Assembly: GCA_963665325.3 (NCBI GenBank)
Contig: OZ224045.1
Location: 512,001-576,000, forward strand
From: Alphaproteobacteria bacterium
Lineage (GTDB): Bacteria; Pseudomonadota; Alphaproteobacteria; Bin95
Direction of reading: 5' to 3'
DNA: 64,000 nucleotides
Shown here: one piece after another, positions 56,436 to 64,000 of the stretch
Position numbering within the stretch: position 1 is the stretch's first letter
Layout of the letters: every line of letters starts with the position of its first letter
Program-made: the position numbers and the translations under genes
Notes under the pieces: model-generated
The model's database searches: none
Seen by the model: the letters and a program-made list of their open reading frames with translations, nothing else
Told to the model about the DNA's origin: nothing

Positions 56436-57959
56436 TTGTCTGCTGGACGTGGAATAACTGCGGCCTTTCTCAATCCGGGGGAATTCGCGGCGCCGCGCCA
56501 AGAGTACGAGGTCCTACCTTTCAGACATACCAGGTTGCCAGCTCTTCCTGGCCAGGTTCTCGTGACGTCCGGGGTCGGAGAATATCTGTTTCTGTCCGAG
56601 AGCGATTTCAGCAAGCTGACCGATGGCACGCTTGAAGCCGGGACGGAGCTCTATCGCGACCTGCGGACGCGGCAGATTGTCTGCGATGCCGAGCGTGGAC
56701 CGTTTCTTCAGGGACTGGCTGCGCAGCAGCGGACGCGGAAGCACTTCGCCACGGAAGACCCCGCGTTGCATATTTTTGTACTGACCTTGAGATGCGACCA
56801 TCGCTGCCACTACTGCCAAGTCTCGCCGCGTCGTCCGTCGGAGCGCGGATTCGACATGGACGCCGCGACCGCGGACGCCGCTCTGGATCGAGTGTTCGAA
56901 TCGGAGGTGGAGACACTGACCATCGAGTTTCAGGGCGGTGAATCTGCGCTGGCCTTTCCCCTTATGCGGCGGATCGTCGAGCAAGCGGCCAGGCGCGCTC
57001 GGGTGGCTGAACGAAGGGTGCGGTTCGTGATGGCGACGACCCTGCACCTCGTGACGGACGACATGCTGGTCTTCTGCCGGGACCACGGGATCGAATTGTC
57101 CACTTCGCTCGACGGCCCGGAGCACGTCCACAACGCGAACCGACCCAATGCGACGCAGGATTCGTTCGAACGAACGGTGGAGGGGATGGCTCGGGCGCGA
57201 GCGATCTGTGGTCATGATCGCGTGGCGGCGTTGGCGACGATCACTCGGCATGGCCTGCAATATCCGCGCGAGACCGTGGATACCTATCTGGAGATGGGAT
57301 TCGACTCGATCTCGCTTCGGCCGGTCAGTCCATTCGGCTTTGCGGTGAAGAGCCGGCGCAAGCTGGGATACACGAGCGACGAGTATTTGCAGTTCTACCG
57401 CGAGGCCCTGGACTATCTGATCAAGGTCAACCTCGCCGGACGGAGAATCGAGGAATCGTACGCGACTCTGCTGTTGACGAGAATCCTGACACCGTTTCCG
57501 ACGGGCTATGTCGATCTGCAATCGCCCGCGGCAGCAGGCAGGAACGTGCTCGTCTACAACTACGACGGTGGGATCTATGTTTCTGACGAGGGCCGAATGC
57601 TGGCGGAGATGGGCGACGACCGGTTCCGAATGGGTTCGGTCCATGATTCGTTGTCCGATCTCCGACAATCGAATGCCATGAAAGTCATCGAGGACGCAGG
57701 CGATGCAGAGAAGCTACCGGTCTGCTCGGAATGCGCGTTCGTTCCCTATTGCGGGGCCGATCCCGTTTTCAATGTGGCCACGCAGGGCAGCCCCGTCGGT
57801 CATCGGCCGACAAGCGAGTTCTGCCACCGCCATACCGGCCTGTTCCGAATCGTCTTCGAACTATTGGCAGAACAAGATCCCGATGTGCTGCGGGTGTTCC
57901 TTTCCTGGATGACCCGGCGAGACGCATCCGAGCTGTCGGCAGCCGGTTACCTGGCGTAG
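56436..57959 (+). CDS. hxsB: His-Xaa-Ser system radical SAM/SPASM maturase HxsB
   Basis: LPFR, TLRCDHRCHYCQVS, EFQGGE, SDEGRML, C..C...PYCGADP; TTG start with AAGGGAG RBS (upstream starts possible). Confidence 0.9.
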   Translation: MSAGRGITAAFLNPGEFAAPRQEYEVLPFRHTRLPALPGQVLVTSGVGEYLFLSESDFSKLTDGTLEAGTELYRDLRTRQIVCDAERGPFLQGLAAQQRTRKHFATEDPALHIFVLTLRCDHRCHYCQVSPRRPSERGFDMDAATADAALDRVFESEVETLTIEFQGGESALAFPLMRRIVEQAARRARVAERRVRFVMATTLHLVTDDMLVFCRDHGIELSTSLDGPEHVHNANRPNATQDSFERTVEGMARARAICGHDRVAALATITRHGLQYPRETVDTYLEMGFDSISLRPVSPFGFAVKSRRKLGYTSDEYLQFYREALDYLIKVNLAGRRIEESYATLLLTRILTPFPTGYVDLQSPAAAGRNVLVYNYDGGIYVSDEGRMLAEMGDDRFRMGSVHDSLSDLRQSNAMKVIEDAGDAEKLPVCSECAFVPYCGADPVFNVATQGSPVGHRPTSEFCHRHTGLFRIVFELLAEQDPDVLRVFLSWMTRRDASELSAAGYLA

Positions 57960-57962
57960 GGC

Positions 57963-59150
57963 ATGTTGCCTCTTCATACCCGGGCCCGAGTGCAAGGTGT
58001 GCATGACAGGGCGATCATGAAAGTCCTCAGGGCGGGCGAAGTCGTTCGATCCGATTTCGACCCCGAATATTGCCTGCTCTGGCTTGACGGGCGGGAAGGC
58101 AACGAGCCCGAGATAGTGGAGGGGCCTTGGGCCGGCATCGTAACGGACGGCACTCTCGAAAGCGATTCGGCCGCCGGCATCGCAGTTGACCGAATCGGCA
58201 CGCCGGGTGTCGTTGCGCCCGGGGACGTCATTCGCCTGATGGAGGGGAGTTCCCGAGTATCGATTCTCTACCGGCGCGGGTCGAACAGCAACACGATGCT
58301 TGCGACGGAGAGATGCAACAGCTTCTGCATCATGTGCTCGCAGCCGCCGCGTGAGGTCGATGACGGATGGTTGGTCGACGAGATGCTGGAGACAATTTCT
58401 CTGGTGGACCGGGACGAGACACAGCTCGGCATCAGCGGCGGCGAGCCGACACTGCTTGGGGATGAACTGCTTGTGGTTCTGGAGCGGGCTCGACAGCTCC
58501 TGCCGGAGACCGGGCTTCATATCCTCTCCAACGGGAGGCGCTTTGCCGACGAAGCGTTCGCTCGAACGGTCTGTGCCGTCAGGCATCCGAACCTGACCTG
58601 GGGTATCCCGCTTTACTCGGACTGCCCGGAAATCCACGACTATGTCGTCCAGGCCCGCGGCGCTTGGGACGAGACGCTGGCCGGACTGCACAACCTGGCG
58701 CAACACGAGGCGAACATCGAAATCCGGATTGTCGTGCAGCGGCCCAATGTCGAACGGTTGGGCGAGCTGGCGTATTTCATATTCCGGAACTTGACCTTCG
58801 CAAGCCATGTCGCGTTCATGGGGCTTGAGCCCATCGGCTTCGCGAGGACCAACTACGACAAGATATGGATCGATCCGGTCGACTGCATGGACGCGCTGCG
58901 CGATGCGGTGTTCTTTCTCGCAAATCGGGGAATGAGCGTTTCTCTGTACAACTTTCCCCTCTGCACTGTGCCGCCAGAACTATGGCCATATTCCCGACAA
59001 AGCATCTCGGACTGGAAGAACACATTTCTACCGGATTGTGTCGGATGCAACCTGCGAGACGAGTGTTGCGGGTTCTTTCGGTCGATAGACGGGAAATGGA
59101 TAAGTCGTGCTATCAAGCCGATGACGGGAATCGTAGAACGGAACGGATAG
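57963..59150 (+). CDS. hxsC: His-Xaa-Ser system radical SAM maturase HxsC
   Basis: TERCNSFCIMCSQPP, SGGEPT, LSNGR, SISDWKN, C..C.....C.GFF. Confidence 0.92.
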   Translation: MLPLHTRARVQGVHDRAIMKVLRAGEVVRSDFDPEYCLLWLDGREGNEPEIVEGPWAGIVTDGTLESDSAAGIAVDRIGTPGVVAPGDVIRLMEGSSRVSILYRRGSNSNTMLATERCNSFCIMCSQPPREVDDGWLVDEMLETISLVDRDETQLGISGGEPTLLGDELLVVLERARQLLPETGLHILSNGRRFADEAFARTVCAVRHPNLTWGIPLYSDCPEIHDYVVQARGAWDETLAGLHNLAQHEANIEIRIVVQRPNVERLGELAYFIFRNLTFASHVAFMGLEPIGFARTNYDKIWIDPVDCMDALRDAVFFLANRGMSVSLYNFPLCTVPPELWPYSRQSISDWKNTFLPDCVGCNLRDECCGFFRSIDGKWISRAIKPMTGIVERNG

Positions 59151-59175
59151 GATTAATCGGTGAGGGACAATATCG

Positions 59176-59748
59176 ATGACATGGCGCGGTAAGGTTTGGC
59201 GGCTTCTGCGCGGGCCGGCACTGGCAGCTGGGGGCATGACGACGGCGGCGTTGGGAGCCAATGCTGCTGCCACGATGGGCGAAGGCTTGGAGGCGCCTGG
59301 CAACCCCGACGTGGCGCCGGTCTTGTTGCCGAATACGCTGAATGCGACGGCCGAGGACCGATATGCCGCGCACAGGAGTCATAGCTCGCATCGCAGTCAC
59401 CGGAGTCATCGGTCCAGCAGCGGCGGAGTGCGACAGGCGCCCTCCACACCGGCGCCGCAACCGCAATATCAGTCACCGCCGTCGAACCAGGCCCCGTCCG
59501 TGATTCCCAGGACTACGCCGCGGATCGAACGGGCGATTCCCAAAGCGACTCCGCAGGACGTGTCAAGGATGGTGATCCGGGTCCAGGCGGCCCTGATGCG
59601 TCGAGGCTTGTACAACGGGGACATCGATGGCCTGTTGGGACCCAAGACCCGTGCAGCGTTGCGGGCCTTTCAGCAGAGAGAAGGGATTCCTCAAACCGGG
59701 CGCATGGACATCGCGACGCTCACGAGGCTTGGAATATCCATTCCTTGA
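59176..59748 (+). CDS. hxsA: His-Xaa-Ser repeat precursor HxsA with C-terminal peptidoglycan-binding domain
   Basis: AHRSHSSHRSHRSHRSS (five HxS, 59371-59415); VQAAL...G.Y.G.IDG..GP.TR.AL..FQ. Confidence 0.92.
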   Translation: MTWRGKVWRLLRGPALAAGGMTTAALGANAAATMGEGLEAPGNPDVAPVLLPNTLNATAEDRYAAHRSHSSHRSHRSHRSSSGGVRQAPSTPAPQPQYQSPPSNQAPSVIPRTTPRIERAIPKATPQDVSRMVIRVQAALMRRGLYNGDIDGLLGPKTRAALRAFQQREGIPQTGRMDIATLTRLGISIP

Positions 59749-59922
59749 GGAATGGATCCGGTCAGAGCTGCCACTATCGATCTCGATACTTCAGATCAGC
59801 GACCGCAGACGTCCCAGACTTGACACATAGGTTGCCATGATTGTCGCGCCAGGATGCAAAAGGACATGGGGTCAGAAGGACGAAGACAGTGAGCTGTCTG
59901 TATCTGTCGCGGACCCGTTGCC

Positions 59923-60747
59923 GTGAGTCATGAAGTCCATCTGTTCTTTGACGATACGGGAAGTCGACATCCAGACCATATGCCGCCCGAGGACAGGCGG
60001 GATGGAATGGACTGTTTCGGCCTTGGCGGTGTGCTGATCGATGAAGAAGATGTTCGAGCGGTCTTTGACGCGCATAGATCCTTTTGCGGGAGCTGGAGCA
60101 TTGACTATCCGCTGCATTCTCACGAGATACGCGGGGGCAGAGGGAATTTTGCCTGGCTCAAGAACCCTGAGCGTGCGATCGAATTTCTGCCGGCACTAAA
60201 TGACTTCCTGGTCGGCCTGCCCGCAATCGGCATAGGCGCGATCATCCACCGTCCGGGTTACGTGGAGCGGTATTCGGCGCAGTATGCAGGTCGTCCATGG
60301 CGAATGGACAAGACAGCGTTTTCGATTCTGATTGAGAGGTCAGCGAAGTACGCCCATTCAAGAGGACGTCGCCTAAGGGTTTTCTTCGAAGAATCAGGCA
60401 AGCAGGAAGATCGTGACATTGTTGCCTTCATGAAGGAACTCAAGAGGGAAGGAATGCCGTTCGACGGCCAGAATTCACTCGCCTACCGCGGACTGATGGC
60501 CGATGAGTTTCGGGATTTGGTTCTTGGGGAGCCGAAGCGACGGACCAAGAAAACACCGATGCTGCAGGTCGCGGATCTCTACCTGTATCCGATGGCCAAG
60601 GCGGGGTATGATCGGGACTACAGGCCCTATCGTGCCTTGATGGAGGCCGGGCGCTTGATCGACGCGATCTTGCCAGCGGAGGATCGCGCCATGCTCGGGA
60701 TCAAGTACAGCTGCTTTGGAGACGTGCGTCCCGACAGAAGAACATAG
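59923..60747 (+). CDS. DUF3800-family protein
   Basis: LFFDDTG, F.LGG, LHS.EI, FFE, LQVADL..Y. Confidence 0.85.
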   Translation: MSHEVHLFFDDTGSRHPDHMPPEDRRDGMDCFGLGGVLIDEEDVRAVFDAHRSFCGSWSIDYPLHSHEIRGGRGNFAWLKNPERAIEFLPALNDFLVGLPAIGIGAIIHRPGYVERYSAQYAGRPWRMDKTAFSILIERSAKYAHSRGRRLRVFFEESGKQEDRDIVAFMKELKREGMPFDGQNSLAYRGLMADEFRDLVLGEPKRRTKKTPMLQVADLYLYPMAKAGYDRDYRPYRALMEAGRLIDAILPAEDRAMLGIKYSCFGDVRPDRRT

Positions 60748-60810
60748 GGCCCGGTTGCCCGAGCCCTATGTCGGCCGGCTTGGCCGACCCCGGAGCGTAA
60801 TGCTCTGATA
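60735..60810 (-). ncRNA. Predicted structured small RNA convergent with the DUF3800 gene
   Basis: Three tandem hairpins (60742-71, 60770-88, 60791-807) downstream of a minus-strand sigma70-like promoter. Confidence 0.55.
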
Positions 60811-60815
60811 GGTGA

Positions 60816-60844
60816 AACATGGCACTGTCACTTCGAGGTGTCAA
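60816..60844 (-). promoter_or_regulatory. Sigma70-like promoter TTGACA-N17-CATGTT with extended TG
   Basis: Perfect -35 at 60844-60839, 17-nt spacer ending in TGC, -10-like CATGTT at 60821-60816. Confidence 0.55.
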
Positions 60845-60895
60845 GAACGCCAGTCGTGCGCCGCTCGGCAGGGTAGGGCGCGATGTGCGGGACGA

Positions 60896-61046
60896 TCATT
60901 CACCATTCTTAGGAGTGAAATTTCCGCCGATGCTCCAGGCGATCCGATCCGCCGCCTCGTGAATGGAATTCTGCGCCAGATGGGCGTATCTCGCCGTCGT
61001 CTCGATATCGTTGTGCCCCAGCAGCTTGCCGATCACCGGCAGGGTC
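60896..61046 (-). pseudogene. Tyrosine integrase extreme C-terminal remnant
   Basis: TLPVIGKLLGHNDIETTARYAHLAQ; near-copy of 63016-63123. Confidence 0.85.
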
Positions 61047-62897
61047 GCCGTCGCGTCCGGCGCGGCCGGCCTCCTGGACGTAGTTCTCGAGCGAGCCCGG
61101 GATGTCAGCATGGACGACGAGCCGGATGTCGGACTTGTCGATCCCCATGCCGAAGGCATTGGTCGCGGCGATCACGCGGAGCGTGCCGTTCGCGAACTGC
61201 TCCTGCGTTTCCAGCTTGGCTTCCGGCTTCAGGCCAGCATGGTAGTGACCGGCGGCGTAGCCCTTCTCCTTGAGGAAGTCGGACACCCGCTCGGTGGCGC
61301 TTCGGGTCGCGCAGTAGACGATCGCGCCCGAGGCGCCTTCCGAAGGCAGCCCGTCCTCAAGCACGGAGACGATGTCGCCCAGCTTGCCGGTCTTGTCGGT
61401 CTGGATGACCTCGAATGAGAGATTGTCCCTATGCGCGCCGCCGTCGATCCGCTTGAGATCGACGCCAAGCTTCTCCTCGAAATGCTCGCAGATGTCGTCG
61501 ATGACGCCGGGCTTGGCTGTCGCGGTCAGGCAGATCAGCGGCGCCGGTTCGCTGTCGCCGGAATACTCCCGGATGAAGCGGGCGATGTAGCGGTAGTCCG
61601 GCCGGAAATCATGGCCCCACTTGGAGACGCAGTGTGCCTCGTCGACGACCCAGTATCCGACTTCCCTCTGCTCCAGGATGGACCGAACCGAGGGGTTTCT
61701 GAGCTGCTCCGGCGAGATGAGCAGCATCGAGGCATCGCCGAGACGGACCCGGTCGAGCGCGTCGTGGCGCTCGGGCAGCGACAGCAGGCCGTTGACGGTG
61801 ACGCAGGATGAGATGCCCTGACGCTTCAGACTGGCAACCTGGTCGGCCATGAGCGCGACGAGCGGCGAGATGACGACGGTGAGCGCGCCGGTCCGGTGAT
61901 ACCTGGCGAGCGCCGGCAGCTGATAGCAGAGCGACTTGCCGGTGCCGGTCGGGAGGATTCCCAGTACCGAAGTCTTCGCGAGCGCCGCCGCGACGATGGT
62001 CTCCTGGAGGGAGCGTCCGTCGTCGCCGGCGGGCTTCGGCCGGAATCCCTCGAAGCCGAACCACTGTTCCAGAAGTCTCGCCGGGTCGCTCCAGGACCGG
62101 CACCAGTCGCAGGCGGGATCCGTGCAGGACGTGTCGCGGAGCCTTCGAACAAGCACGCCGGCCTCAGGAAACTGGTGCCGGACCCAGGGCGGCATCACGG
62201 AGTTTTCGCCCGCCACCGAGATCCAGGAGAGTGCGTAGGCGAACGACCAACCGGTTCGCTCGGCGTCCGGGATCGCCAGTTCGATCTGGTGGGTGCAGGC
62301 CCGGCCTGCGAGGACGTTCCGGATCGCCCGTTGCGCTTCCGGGGCGTCCGGCCTTGGCGCATTCCTTGCTGACCGGAAGACCGCCTCGAAACCTTGTGGC
62401 TTCTCGGTCGAGGTTGCAAGCCAGTGGAGAGCCGTCAGCAAATCGGAGTCGTCTCGAGCGAGTTTCCGCAACTCGGCCAGCTGGTTTCGCAGCACGGTGA
62501 GCACGAGCCCGGCGTCGACTTCGGGGTCGCTGGCGCTCCCGGCTTGGAGCCGGCCGTCCTTATAGTGCTTGACCAGGCGGTGATACGGATTGCGGGGAAA
62601 GGCGAGCGGGTTTAGCCAGAGCGTATCAATCGGGGGCTTCGTTAGGAGTTGCAGGCTGGAACGTGCTTCTCGCAGATATGGCAGATCGTGCTGAATCACG
62701 TTGTGGCCGAGCACGAAGTCCGTGCCGGAGGAATAGGCGTCCAGCGCGAGCAGTGCCTTGGCGAAGTCGCCGCCACGATAGTTGCAGGTGTCGGCGGTTG
62801 CTGAACGGATGGCGGCGAAGCTGCGAATTCGGCCGGTGTTCGGATCGACTTCGAGGTCGACCGAGACGCATCGCGAGAGAAGCTCTTCCGTTCCCAC
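61047..62897 (-). pseudogene. DEDD-exonuclease-like + RecQ helicase, truncated at motif VI
   Basis: DLE, GHN...HD, IDTL; PTGTGKSLCYQLP, DEAHCVSKWGHDFRPDY, QEAGRAGRDG, then runs into the integrase remnant (ORF stop at 60909). Confidence 0.82.
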
Positions 62898-62987
62898 CGG
62901 TTCTTTGGAATTCCTGTCGTGGATGAAACCGCATCGGATTTGCGCATGCTGCCGAGAGCGATGCGCAACTTAGCGAACGTCTACCGG

Positions 62988-63380
62988 CTAAAGAACATCC
63001 GCTGCAATGCTCTTGGCGACCCGCTCCGCCGCCTCATGGATGGAATGCTGCGCCAGGTGGGCATATCTCGCGGTGGTTTCGATATCGCTGTGCCCCAGCA
63101 GCTTGCCGATCACCGGCAGGGTCTCGCCGAGGGCCAGAGCCCTGGAAGCGAAGCTGTGGCGGAGGTCATGAATCCGGACGTCCTCCAGCCTCGCGGCTTC
63201 CCGCACGGCCCGCCAGGCGTTGTCGAGCGCACTCTCGCTGCAGCGCCCGTCCGGAACCCTGCCCGGGAACACCCACGGGTTGCCCGCCCGGCGCGGCAGC
63301 GCCTCCAGCAGCCGCACCGCCGGCGGCGGCAGCTGCACCGCGCGGGGACCGGACTTCGCATCGGGAAGACGAAAATACAC
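62988..63380 (-). pseudogene. Tyrosine integrase C-terminal fragment
   Basis: LPDAKSGPR, HDLRHSFAS, LLGHSDIETTARYAH; N-terminal part and first catalytic Arg absent. Confidence 0.85.
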
Positions 63381-63480
63381 CCTAAGGCATTGTAAATATG
63401 GAGATATCTAATTTTGTGTAATCACACCGCATGCGGGTGGGTTCAACTCCGCGACCCCTCACGTCCCCGTAGGGCCTCTC

Positions 63481-63801
63481 TCACGGCAAGAGCTTGACCA
63501 GAGCGACGATCAGGCCGCCCTGGGCGATCAGCGCCCCGAACAGCCACTTCAACAAGTCGACCTTGACCGCCTCGATGGCGGCCCTGGTCTCTTGCCGCAG
63601 CGCCTCGATATCGGCCCTGGTCTCCTGCCGCAGTGCGTCCATGCCGGCCTCGACCCTGGCGATATCGGCCTTGGTCGCGAGGTTGGTATTGAGCAGGGCG
63701 ACATGCTCTTCGGCCAGGGTCTCGGCCTGCTTCTCGGTGAAGCCGCTCTCGGTCAGGCGCTTCACGAAGCGGTGGGTGTCGAACGCGATGGCCTCGGTCA
63801 T
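63481..63801 (-). CDS. DUF1640/CCDC90-like coiled-coil protein
   Basis: FDTHRFVKRL..SGF.E.QAE, LATKADI, heptad repeats, C-terminal TM LLKWL.G. Confidence 0.85.
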   Translation of the reverse strand: MTEAIAFDTHRFVKRLTESGFTEKQAETLAEEHVALLNTNLATKADIARVEAGMDALRQETRADIEALRQETRAAIEAVKVDLLKWLFGALIAQGGLIVALVKLLP

Positions 63802-63906
63802 GCATCGATCATACATTCCCGCCGGCACGGAGCAAGGATCCCGCGGCCCCGGGGCTGCAAGCTCCAACGAGCCCAGCGATGAGCCGGTGCACGCTTTCGG
63901 CGGCGA

Positions 63907-64000
63907 TCAGTGTTCGGTCGAGTTCAGCTTCTCGCCGAGTTGCGTGAGCTGTTCACCGAGGCGCACCGCATCCTCGGGGACGAGCCCGAACTGAAGGCGC
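63907..64000 (-). CDS. C-terminus of a gene continuing beyond the window
   Basis: Frame RLQFGLVPEDAVRLGEQLTQLGEKLNSTEH* with high GC3. Confidence 0.45.
   Translation of the reverse strand, partial: RLQFGLVPEDAVRLGEQLTQLGEKLNSTEH

Noticed and set aside
52449-63420. Weak similarity CCTAGCACTGTAAA (52449) versus CCTAAGGCATTGTAAA (63381) as cargo boundaries
   Set aside because: Too short and gapped to separate from chance in AT-rich patches.
63430-63460. tRNA-like GGTTCAACTCC as a possible att site
   Set aside because: T-stem and acceptor stem do not pair; no second copy in the window.
63570-63680. 33-bp tandem repeat
   Set aside because: Encodes the coiled-coil repeats of the DUF1640 protein.

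Overview
GC-rich (about 70%), probably alphaproteobacterial conjugative element (ICE or plasmid) in three parts. (1) 1-22 kb: F-type T4SS operon (traK'-B-V-C, HD-like gene, trbI, peptidase, traW, ssb, traU, trbC, traN-F-H-G), a convergent entry-exclusion candidate, traD, a MOBF relaxase traI and an RHH-like gene. (2) A recognisable oriT at about 23.0-23.34 kb (six phased TTCTCnnGAGAA palindromes, a hairpin, and an F-like nic TGCGTGGGGTGT^G). It is followed by a ~26 kb leading region whose genes are all on the minus strand: SLOG proteins, DUF4326, Toprim, SSB, a TA pair, a methyltransferase-helicase, RadC, a GHKL ATPase, ParB, a TIR + membrane-protein cassette, a MoxR/DUF3150/vWA triad and a PAPS-reductase-like gene. 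(3) 50-64 kb cargo: two HU genes (one a fusion), a low-GC DUF4365-like nuclease, a His-Xaa-Ser radical-SAM/MauG cluster, a DUF3800-like gene facing a predicted promoter-driven structured small RNA, a truncated exonuclease-RecQ flanked by two integrase 3' remnants, and DUF1640. All family calls come from motif recognition by eye; no database searches were run.
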